Assembly: GCF_006345805.1 (NCBI RefSeq)
Contig: NC_043024.1
Span: forward strand, 4,588,001-4,652,000
Direction of reading: 5' to 3'
Origin: Octopus sinensis
Taxonomy: Eukaryota
Length of the DNA stretch: 64,000 nt
Both the position numbers and the translations under genes were made by a program. Positions 1 to 12,149 of this stretch are shown here, piece by piece. The stretch's first letter is position 1. Every line of letters begins with the position of its first letter. Under the pieces are notes generated by a model. It ran no database searches. It saw nothing but the letters and a program-made list of their open reading frames with translations, and was not told the DNA's origin.

Positions 1-1173
1 CTTATCACTGTGATATCTGTGGTAAATCATTCTCTCAGAACGGTAGCTTAAATACACACATACGGGTTCATACAGGGGAACAACCTTATCACTGTGATAT
101 CTGTGGTAAATCATCCTCTGCAAACAATGGCTTAAATACACACATACGGGTTCATACAGGGGAAAAACCTTATCACTGTGATATCTGTGGTAAATCATTC
201 TCTGATGGCAATAATTTAACTATACACAAACGGGTTCATACAGGTGAGAAACCATATACCTGTGATATCTGTGGTAAATCATTCTCTGTTGGCTGTAGCT
301 TAACTAAGCACAAACGTATTCACACAGGTGAGAAACCATATTCCTGTGATATCTGTGGTACATCGTTCTCTCATCACAGTAGCTTCATTCAACACAAAAG
401 GGCTCATACAGGCGAGAAACCATATCACTGGGATAGATCATCCTCTGCAAACAATGGCTTAACTACACACATACGGGTTCTTACAGGGGAAAAAACCTTA
501 TCACTGTGATATCTGTGGTAAATCATTCTCTCAGAACGGTAGCTTAAATACACACATACGGGTTCATACAGGGGAACAACCTTATCACTGTGATATCTGT
601 GGTAAATCATCCTCTGCAAACAATGGCTTAAATACACACATACGGGTTCATACAGGGGAAAAACCTTATCACTGTGATATCTGTGGTAAATCATTCTCTG
701 ATGGCAATAATTTAACTATACACAAACGGGTTCATACAGGTGAGAAACCATATACCTGTGATATCTGTGGTAAATCATTCACTCAAAGCACTGCCCTAAC
801 TATACACAAACGTATTCACACAGGGGAAAAACCTCATCACTGTGATATTTGTGGTAAATCATTCTCTGTTGGTGGTAGCGTAACTAAACACAAACGTATT
901 CATACAGGTGAAAAACCATACCATTGTAATATCTGTGGTAAATCTTTCTCTGATGGAAGTAGCTTAACGAAGCACAAACGTATTCATACAGGGGAGAAAA
1001 CATATACCTGTGATATCTGTGGTAAATCATTCTCTGATAGTGGTAACTTAACTCAGCACCACCGTACACATACGGGAGAGAAGCCATATCACTGTGATAT
1101 CTGTGGTAAATCATTCTCTAAAAGTCGGCATTTAACTAGACATAAGTTTATTCATTCTGTAAAAAAATCCTAA
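1..1173 (+). pseudogene. Tandem C2H2 zinc-finger gene (ZNF-A), 5' part outside window; frameshifted near 490
   Basis: 84-bp repeats encoding [10 protein letters not shown]...H...HTGEKP. One finger has a 9-bp deletion (~430) and there is an extra A in a homopolymer at ~490-495, giving a premature TGA. The downstream frame ends TAA at 1171-1173. The extra A could be a homopolymer sequencing error. Confidence 0.85.
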
Positions 1174-2819
1174 TCACTGTGATATGTGTGGTAAATAATT
1201 CTCATAAAATCCTTGCTTAGTTAAACACAAGTGCATTCCTTAGGAAGTGGATCCGTAACACTGATATTTGTTTACAACATCTCAAAAGGACAAGCTCGTA
1301 TCTCATAAGCACATCCACAGAAAATAGAAACTATATTACTGAGATATCTATAGTAAATCTTTTACTTGAAACAATCCATTAACGAATCAAAGAACATTGA
1401 CAGACAAGGGAAATCGTATCACTGTGATATCAGTGCTTAATCATTCTTTGAAAATGGTGAATTAATTATGCAGTCATATTAATATGAAAGATGTAATATT
1501 TTTCACATTAATATGACTGTGTATAATTAATTCACCCTCCTCTCTCAATGCTCTTGATATTTGTGTTGAATCAATCTATGAAAATGATCAATTATGAAAA
1601 CATAAATGCATTCATACAGAAGAGGAACCATATCACTACAATGCTGATAATCATCATCATTTAACATTCACTTTTCCATGCTTCTGTCCATCAGATGGAA
1701 TTCATTGATGGAGATTTTCTCCAGCTGGATGCCTTTCCTGTCTCCAATCCTCACCTGATTCCAAGCAAGGAAATATTTTACAAAGAAGACTGGAAATGAA
1801 CAACTGCATTTGCATAATGGTCTTTTACAAGCATCACATAATATTTGGACAAGGGTACACACACACATTTGTGTGTATGTTTGAAAAATTTGTCATAGGA
1901 GAATATTTTAATATTTTCTCTCCCTGTAAAAGTTTGTAATTCCTATTAGAAAATGAAACACATGTAATGCTGAATAAATAATATCAAACTTTTTCTCCAC
2001 TCTCCTTATGCGTTATGTAATTACTCTGCAAATGTTTTTGTCCAAACCTCACACAGAAATAATATACATCTATATATAATAAACAGCTTGTTTGTTCAGC
2101 TGTTATGCTTTTGTTAGTTAGAGAAGTAGAGTAATAGAGGAAAGGAGGGAAGAATGAAGAAAAGCGAGGGAGAAGTAGAGAAAGGTGATCTTATAATAAT
2201 TCTGCTTGTCGTTACGTTACTTAGCCTGTCGGTAATACTTTCATTTAATTAGAGGAAAAGAAAGAGAGGGAAGAGGATAAGGCGAATATTGAGGCAAATA
2301 GAGAAGTGTGCAGGATGTGTGATAGGAGGAATGTAATGTTTATTACATGGTTTAAAAGGTTAATTAAAGCTAGTTGTATAGAAGAGAGTTAGGAATATGA
2401 TTGTAGCAGATGGGTGATGTTCTGATCACAAGAATAAAGAGAGATAGATGGTGGGTGCATAGGGCAAAGTAATTATTTTAATTAAACAAGGTTTTTTATA
2501 TTACCTACAGATTAAAATGTGACTCGAGGCCTTGGCTTATAAGTTACCAATGATGTGGTTTTCAGTGTATGCCATGTTGCGTTAAACTTTTACCCACATG
2601 AAATTGTGACCCCTATATTTTACATAGAGAATAATGTATTTACTATACAATTTTCGGTTTTTAGATAAAAAATTGTGACCATGCAAAGTTTTTTCTGTTT
2701 ATAGGAGAAGTGAAAAATAAGAGTGAATATTTTATGATTGCTGTGTATTAAGTCTATGAAAGCATTTATAAAGTATATGAATTTATGCATAAAATGCATT
2801 AAGTTATCAACGTTTCCAA

Positions 2820-3492
2820 AATTCTTTCGCTTTTCAATGGATAACTTTTCATCTCCAGTCACAAGTCGTTTCAAAAAAGGCAGGCTTTCATTCCATTTCA
2901 AAAACATATTACAAACAGAATACTGCTCCAAGCAATTCTTTTCTGAGAGTTTGTGAGGGACCCATTACATTATAGCAAGAAATGTATCCTAGCTTCACAA
3001 GGTGTTCATCAGCCATACTTTGAAGAACTTTCAACTCCTCTGCAAGATCTCTAGTCTTGATATTGGAGTTTTCTTCGATTTTTGCCTTCAAAACATCCAC
3101 ATCCAATTTTGAAGATCTTCCACTGCGACTGTCGTCTTCCAAGCTAAACTCTCCAGTTTTAAATTTCGCAAACCAGCTTCGAACAGTTGATTCACCTGCA
3201 GCATCATCACAAACTTTACAAATGTTTTTGAAAGTGTTTGCAGCATTTTCACATTTTTTCTTTAAGAAAAGCATTACAAAGTGAATATAAAATTTTTGGT
3301 TATCCATTTCAAATATCATTAAAGGGTAACCAGAACGAAAGATAAACGGATTTTTGGTGAGGAACAAAGACGAGATGCACTACCACTTCTAGCAACGCCA
3401 AAGTTTTAACTCTGTTACGTTTCTGGTGTATTCAATGAAGCATTGAAAAATTTAGCTTCAAAAAGACACTCAGACCTTTCTGAACAACTTAA
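2820..3492 (-). mobile_element. Mariner (Tc1/mariner) transposon remnant, internally deleted
   Basis: ORF 2909-3367 has mariner HTH motifs (TVRSWFAKFKTGEFSLEDDSRSGR); the next frame has FLKRLVTGDEK (first catalytic Asp motif). One TIR-like end (ta)TTAAGTTGTTCAGAAAG at ~3475-3494; the second TIR was not found. Confidence 0.85.
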
Positions 3493-3628
3493 TACGAGTG
3501 TTCATATGGCGTACGTAAAGAAGAATCCCGTAAATATTTCATTTGTTTTCAGTTCACTTCATGTGGTGTCACGCACAAAATCCCGTTTTCTGAATGGGTA
3601 AAACTGATCACCCTATACTGACGCTGCT

Positions 3629-5901
3629 TTGGAAGCGAAGTTTACCCTTACTAAATCCAAGTTTCTATCAGCCTTCTCTAATTACACCCAAAGGCATATA
3701 CAAGAACGATCAGTAAATAAGACCCACGATCTTAACACCAAAGTTAAGAAAGACCTTAAATTAAAAAATCGCATCAAAAACAGAGAGATTGTATGTTTCC
3801 CAACTGACAAATCAGGTAGGATGTCTGTTGACAATATATCTAATTACATTTCGAACATGCAACCACACATCAGAGACATGACAGAAACTACAACACTCGA
3901 ATATATCGAGAACGAAAAAATCATTAATGCTTACATGGGGATGTGGAGTATCATTCTCCAGTCGGAGAAGCGCACAGCTAACAACTTCTTAACCACCAAC
4001 AACGAAATCCCACCCCTATATGGCCTTCGCAAAGATCATAAGAGCCATATGGATCATATACTTGGGCCACCCACCCGACCCGTTTGTGGTGCCAACAATG
4101 CAAACAACCACAAAATATCATATTTTCTCTCACAATTCCTACAGCCGTTAATAGAGCTATCTGCGGATGTATGTGACAGTACTGAGGACCTCCTTAGCAG
4201 GATCCACGAATGCAACAACACGTGTGACCTCAGGAACCACATCGTAGGTAGCATGGATGTGGTATCACTATATCCCTCCATCGATGTAGACTTTGCTGTC
4301 GATAAATGTATAGAAATAGTTAGTGAGAGTGGTATGATATTTAAGAATGTGGATGTATATGAACTAGGGCTCTTCCTGGTCCTGACGTGTACCAATGAAT
4401 ACCTATCGCGAAATAGCCTATATTCTTGTCCCACCCGTAACAAACGAGGTAGACCACCTACCATTACCTCAGCATACAGAAAGACTCACTGTGAGCGCTG
4501 GAAGGGATGGACAAAGCCGGACTACCCACCTTCAAGTGCACACGACATTAGAACCACCATCGCACATGCTATCGGTGTCAGCCTGAGAATTACGCTGAAA
4601 ACACATATTTTTAAGCTTGACAACAAACTGTATAAGCAGACGAAAGGCGGTGCTATTGGAGTGGGGATCGCCGGTGACGTTGCAAACCTCTTCATGGTAT
4701 GGTGGGACAAACATTTTAAACAGTGCCTAGCAAACCGTAACATCCACTTGGCTATGTACTCTCGTTACGTCGACGACATTAACCTTGTTGTGAAATGTTA
4801 TAATACAGACACAATTATGGGCCCTCTACCAAGTGAAGAACAGGTGATGACATCTATACAACACATACCTGACTCTATCCACAGCAATATAAAATTTACC
4901 ATAGACTATCCCTCTAAACACCCCAGTAAACGATTACCCGTCCTAGATACTGAGCTATGGATAGAAGATGCTATGGTTAATGGAACCATTAAACCCTGTA
5001 TACTCCACTCACACTATCAGAAACCGATGGCTAATCCACTAGTAATCCGTAGTGACTCAACATCCTAGTGGCAGACTTAATTAGAGTATTGAGGAATGTA
5101 TCACCACTATGCCAACCACAAAAACGACAACAACACATCCAGCACTACATATTCCGAATGCAACGCTCCGGATACACACAAGACGATAGAGTCAGAGTGT
5201 ACAAGAGAGCGAAAGCTAGATTCGAACGCATTCTAAGGAACGACGAAAACGGTATATGCCCCCTATACCGCAACAAGTTCTGGAATAGGTTAGAGAGGGA
5301 CACCAACAAAAGGATGAGAAACGTTACTTGGTATGATAAGAGGAAATTTCACGGTGTAATGTTCGTTGACGCCACACCTAAGAACGAGCTAAGTAAGGCA
5401 TTCAAGAAAATCCTGCGCACTACGGGCCTTAAAATCAAAGTTGTAGAAAAGACAGGTAGGACTATCAAATCGGCATTATGCAGATCATATCCATTTGATA
5501 GAATCACCTGTCAAAGTAATTGTGCAGTATGTTCGACAAATCCTCATGTAAACAGCAAAACCAAGGGCACTGTATACCAAATTGAGTGCCAAGAAGGAGC
5601 TTGCGCGACTAACCCAGAGTCATACATAGGTGAGACTTCTATAAGTATCAATGATAGGTTCAAAGAACACCTGGACAACTACATTGAAAGGAAGCCAAAC
5701 TCCATCTTCTACCAACATGCTGTAGACTGCCACAAGGGATCCTTAGGGAAACTTAAGCTGAACATCCTATCAACACATCCCACCGATGCAATGTTGAGAC
5801 AGGTCACAGAAGCTGTTTGTATACAAGAATACAAACCTACTCTCAACCGAAAGTCCGAATGGAGTAACATCCAGATCCCATTCAGGAGGACCATTCTATA
5901 A
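3629..5901 (+). mobile_element. Penelope-like retroelement (RT + C-terminal GIY-YIG endonuclease), one frameshift at ~5068
   Basis: RT motifs SMDVVSLYPSID, GGAIG and YSRYVDD in ORF 3629-5068. GIY-YIG signature TVYQIEC...SYIGET...RFKEH...EAVCI in ORF 5068-5901. Confidence 0.9.
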
Positions 5902-5989
5902 CCACCCCTCTCTCTCTCTCTCATTTACTTGTAATCCTTACATACATGTTGCAATGCGTGGTGCTAAAACACTTATGTGCAGTTATATG

Positions 5990-6242
5990 TAACCGTATGA
6001 GCGTACGTTGTCTCATACGTATGTGCGTGTGTGGTGCTACATATGAGCATGTATGGATGGATGGATGTATTGTATATATATGCGTTTATGCATATATATA
6101 TATGCGTTTATGCATATATATATATACTGCGTCGTATTTTGTATGTATGTGTGTGTGCGTGTGTGTATGCACGTGTGTGTGTGTATGTGTGTAATAGGAC
6201 ATGTATATAGAAGTGGATAAGTATATATGAGTATTTTAAGAT

Positions 6243-6328
<86 letters not shown>

Positions 6329-6356
6329 CATATATACATATATTTATATACATACG

Positions 6357-6454
<98 letters not shown>

Positions 6455-7035
6455 ATATATATATATTTATGAGTGTGTGTACTTGTGTATATGGATACGG
6501 TTACATGTGCACAGTTGCACCTAAACGTTGCATCCATTCACAGTTAGACGGTGATGAGAGGAACAAACACACACCCACACATATATATGTGTGTGTGTGT
6601 GCGTCTATACAAACATATATGTGTGTATGTATACAACCTTCAACCAAGTAACAGTCATGTACACAACTTGGACGGACACATACCAGTACACGGACATACG
6701 TTCACATACACATGTACACACTCTCACAGACGCGTCTGCCCATTCTCCTGGACACTCACATACATACGTAGCACGTGAGTACATACATACATACATACCT
6801 ACATATGGGCATACAGACGTACATACGCACGTACATGTACGCACACACATACATGGGCACATGCATACGTGTGCGTATACATACATACGCACATGCGTAC
6901 GTATGTGCATACACACATACATACATACATATACGTACATACATACATACATACGTACATACACACATACATACATACATACATACGTACATACATACAT
7001 ATACACACATACATACACACACATACATACATTTG
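5990..7035. repeat. Compound (TA)n/(CA)n/(CATA)n microsatellite tract
   Basis: Directly visible low-complexity repeats. Confidence 0.95.
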
Positions 7036-7433
7036 AGCATCCAGATGCCCCTCCCACCTAACCAGGAGTCCCTTATCTGAAGACCAGCTTCCTAGCTAGC
7101 CCACAGTGAAGGTCCCTCTTTATATTTCGTCTGTCATGAGTTGGTGCCCCAAACGTCTTTCCTTTCAAAGTATGACTTCCATCCTTTCGAGGTAAATAAA
7201 ATAAGCAGTAGAGCACTCGAGTCCCTGAAATTAACTCGTCCCCTTCCTACAAATTTCAGCTTTTGTACTTAAAAAAAAAAAAATCATTATTATTATTATC
7301 ATCAACATTAATATTTTATAAACCCCAAAATGTAGAGGGCTCATGGAGCAAAATCCTGACTCCAAATACATCTTACAATTTCATGAGTCCTTCATTAAAA
7401 AAAGGGACAATGGTAATTATTCTCCTTCCTCTC

Positions 7434-7700
7434 GCAGGTGTTACGACCACTCACGGAAATGGCAACACACGTCTTTGTGAGCAGAGAGGATCTCCTCAGT
7501 AGAATCAATAGCTGCAAACTCTCTGAACATCTCACAGGTTGTGTCCGGGTAGATTGGATATAATTCGCCTCTACCCATCTATAGACAGAGATTTTGTTGT
7601 GGGGTGCTTGTAAAGACAAGAACATTGCATACGTTGGTGAGACATCTAGAAGCATTGCAGGGGGACGAAATAAAAATTAGAGGCAGCATGACCACATAAC
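7434..7700 (+). mobile_element. Degenerate, internally deleted Penelope-like fragment related to the 3629-5901 element
   Basis: Manual translation QVLRPLTEMATHVFVSREDLLSRINSC / LYPSIDRDF / GACKDKNIAYVGETSRSI matches QFLQPLIELSADVCDSTEDLLSRIHEC / LYPSIDVDF / GACATNPESYIGETSISI. Confidence 0.7.
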
Positions 7701-7740
7701 CAGTCCTCCATACTCTACCAAAGTACTACTCAAATAGAAT

Positions 7741-8080
7741 GGTCCCGATGCGCGCACTCGTGCTAGTCCGTCATGACTGGTCGATCCTTCAACGGCGACC
7801 TAGCGCGAGTATGCAAATTAACAGATGCGCGCATAATAATATATGTATATAATGGCTGAATATATATCAAATAAAATGGGTTTTGTCTTAAACAAAGTAA
7901 ATAAAAGACACAACAAAAGAAATTACTTACTTTGTGTTTTATTTTCTTTGTTTAAAAAAAATTATTTGTTAAAATAAACCTCATACATGTCTAGCCCATG
8001 CGAGTGTGATTTTTAGTCGCGCACTCGAGTTATGTAGTCTTTGTAAGATCGATTAGTCACGACTAGCTAGCACCGGGACC
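7741..8080. mobile_element. MITE-like element with CpG-rich termini
   Basis: Terminal inverted repeat GGTCCCGATGC / GCACCGGGACC; subterminal blocks shared with 40392-40557 and ~39088-39137. Confidence 0.55.
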
Positions 8081-8099
8081 ACGCTTGTAGAAAAGTTTC

Positions 8100-8136
8100 C
8101 ATATATACATATATATACATATATATATAATATATA

Positions 8137-8197
<61 letters not shown>

Positions 8198-8400
8198 ATA
8201 TATATGTATAGGATATTTATATTAAATTAGAGATAAAACCACTATTAGGCAAATCAATATATATGTATATATATATACATACATACCTGTATACACACAC
8301 ATACACACATATGTATATATACATATATACATACATATATATATATGTATATATATATACATACATACCTGTATACACACACATACACACATATGTAGAT

Positions 8401-8431
<31 letters not shown>

Positions 8432-8544
8432 TATATATATACATATATATATACATATATATATATACATATATATATACATATATATATATATATACAT
8501 ACATATATATATATATATACATACATATATATTATATACATATA

Positions 8545-8616
<72 letters not shown>

Positions 8617-8735
8617 CATGCATATATATATATACATACATATATATATAATATACATATACATATATATATATATATACATATATATACATATATATTA
8701 CATGCATATATATATATACATACATATATATATAA

Positions 8736-8769
<34 letters not shown>

Positions 8770-8870
8770 CATATACATATATATACATATATATATATAT
8801 ACATATATATACATATATATATACATATATATACATATATATATACATATATATATATACATATATATAT

Positions 8871-8907
<37 letters not shown>

Positions 8908-8933
8908 TTATATACATATATATATATATATAT

Positions 8934-9003
<70 letters not shown>

Positions 9004-9041
9004 GTGAAAATAATTAAAGGGCGGGCAGATATATATATATA

Positions 9042-9124
<83 letters not shown>

Positions 9125-9165
9125 CAGATAATATATACATATATATAATATATTATAATATATAT

Positions 9166-9208
<43 letters not shown>

Positions 9209-9427
9209 TATATATATGGATTATATAGATATAGAGTATATATAGATATAACATATATATATATATGTATAGATAGAGACATATATATTATAGATTATAT
9301 AGATATATCGATATAGATATTATATATACATATATATCTATATATATGTATATATATATGTATATATATATATTACAATATATATATATATAATATATAT
9401 ATATATGTTATAATATATATACATATA

Positions 9428-9465
<38 letters not shown>

Positions 9466-9532
9466 CATATATATATATATATATATCTATATATATATTA
9501 TATATACTAATATATAATTATATATATATAAC

Positions 9533-9588
<56 letters not shown>

Positions 9589-9594
9589 TATATA

Positions 9595-9635
<41 letters not shown>

Positions 9636-9785
9636 TATATCTATATATCATGTATATATATATATATTAATATATCTATGTATATATATATATTATATTA
9701 TATATATATATATATATAAGTATATAGTATATATATATATATTCTATATGTATATGTATATGTATATATATATATATTATATATC
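8100..9785. repeat. Long (TA)n-rich microsatellite
   Basis: Directly visible. Confidence 0.95.
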
Positions 9786-9870
9786 TGCCCGTAGTGCAAT
9801 TCGGAAATAAGGTGAAAATTTAAAAACGTTGATACAGTCGCCTCGTGTATATTCGTCTCTCCCAGGTTTC

Positions 9871-9966
9871 TTTTACTGATGAAGTGTGACCTATGGTAGA
9901 CTAGCTTAATTTAATTTAATTAAGCTGGTCTATCATTAAAAACACCGAAACGATGCATCGTATAAA
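9871..9966 (+). ncRNA. Type I hammerhead ribozyme, family a, copy 1
   Basis: TTTA-CTGATGA-a-GTGT...ACAC-c-GAAA-CGATGCATCG-TA-TAAA: complete core, three stems, GUA cleavage triplet. Confidence 0.85.
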
Positions 9967-10340
9967 TGAATTAGGGTAAACGTTTTTAAATTTTCACCTT
10001 ATTTCCGAATTGCACTACTTGGCGGTTTGAGTTCTGGCTGCTCTTTCTGGTGGACGAATGGCCTGTTTAGGCCATTCCTAAATTGTTATATTTATATATA
10101 TTTAGTCTTTGACTATTTTCTCTTTTCCACTAGGCCGCTGGTAGCGATAAATTTTTACTGAATTTTTTGCTACCCTAAATTGATTAATTGATAATTTTCT
10201 GACTAATTCTGAGATTGAATCGGCAGTTTATATTTGCTGCCGATAAGTTTGGCGCGAATGCGTTGGTCTTGAAAATTTTAAGACAGATATTCCCGAGGCA
10301 TTGATACAGTCGCCTCGTGTATATTCGTCTCTCCCAGGTT

Positions 10341-10439
10341 TCTTTTACTGATGAAGTGTGACCTATGGGAGACTAGCTTATTTAATTTAATTAAGCTGGT
10401 CTATCATTAAAAACACCGAAACGATGCATCGTATAAAAA
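10341..10439 (+). ncRNA. Type I hammerhead ribozyme, family a, copy 2
   Basis: Same core; stem I TTTTA/TAAAA. Confidence 0.85.
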
Positions 10440-10812
10440 TGAATTAGGGTAAACGTTTTTAAATTTTCACCTTATTTCCGAATTGCACTACTTGGCGGTT
10501 TGAGTTCTGGCTGCTCTTTCTGGTGGACGAATGGCCTGTTTAGGCCATTCCTAAATTGTTATATTTATATATATTTAGTCTTTGACTATTTTCTCTTTTC
10601 CACTAGGCCGCTGGTAGCGATAAATTTTTACTGAATTTTTTGCTACCCTAATTGATTAATTGATAATTTTCTGACTAATTCTGAGATTGAATCGGCAGTT
10701 TATATTTGCTGCCGATAAGTTTGGCGCGAATGCGTTGGTCTTGAAAATTTTAAGACAGATATTCCCGAGGCATTGATACAGTCGCCTCGTGTATATTCGT
10801 CTCTCCCAGGTT

Positions 10813-10913
10813 TCTTTTACTGATGAAGTGTGACCTATGGGAGACTAGCTTAATTTAATTTAATTAAGCTGGTCTATCATTAAAAACACCGAAACGATGC
10901 ATCGTATAAAAGA
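10813..10913 (+). ncRNA. Type I hammerhead ribozyme, family a, copy 3
   Basis: Same core; 7-bp stem I TCTTTTA/TAAAAGA. Confidence 0.88.
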
Positions 10914-11039
10914 TGAATTAGGGTAAACGTTTTTAAATTTTCACCTTATTTCCGAATTGCACTACTTGGCGGTTTGAGTTCTGGCTGCTCTTTCTGGTGG
11001 ACGAATGGCCTGTTTAGGCCATTCCTAAATTGTTATATT

Positions 11040-11081
11040 TATATATATACATATATATATACATATATAGATATATATATA

Positions 11082-11146
<65 letters not shown>

Positions 11147-11190
11147 CTATATATATATATATGTATAATATATATATATACATATATATA

Positions 11191-11229
<39 letters not shown>

Positions 11230-11317
11230 ATATATATATATATACTATATATATATATATTATATATATATATATATATATATGTATATAATATATATAT
11301 ATATATTATATATATAC

Positions 11318-11348
<31 letters not shown>

Positions 11349-11530
11349 CTATATATATATATATATACATATATATATTATATATATATATATATACTAT
11401 ATATATATTATATATATATATATATATGTTATATATATATATATATATATATTATTATATATACTATATATATATATATATCACACACACACATACACTT
11501 ACGTGCGCAAACACGCACACACACACACAC
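11040..11530. repeat. (TA)n/(CA)n microsatellite
   Basis: Directly visible. Confidence 0.95.
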
Positions 11531-11700
11531 GCCCCACATATATTTCCATATCTGTGACCTGTGTTTCTCCCTCGTGACCGATTCATTTTCGGTTTTGGCT
11601 GTTTACGTCATCGTAACTTAGCAATTCAACAAAAGGAGGAGTAGCAGTGTGAACAGAGATAAGCGCATCCTTCGATGAGTGTGAGTAAACACGTCGATGT

Positions 11701-11743
11701 GGTGCTCCAGCATGGCCTTGTCCAAGAATTGAAACCAGTAAAC
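11701..11743 (+). mobile_element. SINE 3' tail fragment
   Basis: GGTGC(T/C)CCAGCATGGCC...TGAAA motif recurs at 14772-14806, ~15000-15035 (minus) and 58420-58466. Confidence 0.55.
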
Positions 11744-12149
11744 GACGGACGAGAAAATCTTAGTTCGTAGGTAACTATATCAAGAACTCCTATATATATA
11801 AACCATCTGTATTTGAGAGTAGTCTCCCTTAACAGGTAAACATCTGAATATGAATGTCAAGTGGCTTCAAGGCATCGTTCAAGGGAAGTAACTCCCATAC
11901 AATATATTTGTGAGTAGTCTCCCGTAACACCAAACGTTACGCCAGTGTTATAGTGCAGAGGTTGAGAGATGGAGATGAAGAGAGACAGACAGACAACAGT
12001 CGGACGGACACGTAAATCCGTGAGTGAAGAATAGACACATATTCTGTGTCATTCCATAATCAATGCGAGGAAAAAAATTTTTTTTTTTTAAATTAAGGGT
12101 TTTTAATCTAAAATTTTCTACATATATATATATATATATACTTAGATAA

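Larger units (their letters stand above)
9791..11040 (+). repeat. Tandem array of a 472-bp ORF-less unit (~2.5 copies), each with a hammerhead ribozyme; 40-bp inverted segment at the 5' end
   Basis: GATACAGTCGCCTCG recurs at 9831, 10303 and 10775 (period 472); 9791-9830 is the reverse complement of 9979-10018. Confidence 0.9.

Noticed and set aside
425-1114. Antisense ORFs such as MIYHRYHSD... (also 29062-29376, 54172-54402, 61141-61473)
   Set aside because: Shadow frames of the 84-bp zinc-finger repeats on the opposite strand
1-1170. Regular 84-bp repeats resembling a CRISPR array or minisatellite
   Set aside because: Period equals one C2H2 finger plus linker; coding repeats in a eukaryote
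2746-2775. Possible second mariner TIR (TATTAAGTCTATGAAAG)
   Set aside because: Only ~6-8 bases match the other end; not convincing
7071-7160. CTGAAGA...CAAACGTC after the first Penelope-like element as a hammerhead
   Set aside because: GAAA is absent and no stem I partner follows the putative cleavage site
6037-9810. Many long YI/CV/HT-rich ORFs (also 11.0-11.6, 14.2-15.7, 20.7-22.0 and 24.6-25.0 kb)
   Set aside because: Translations of stop-poor (TA)n/(CA)n microsatellites; not coding
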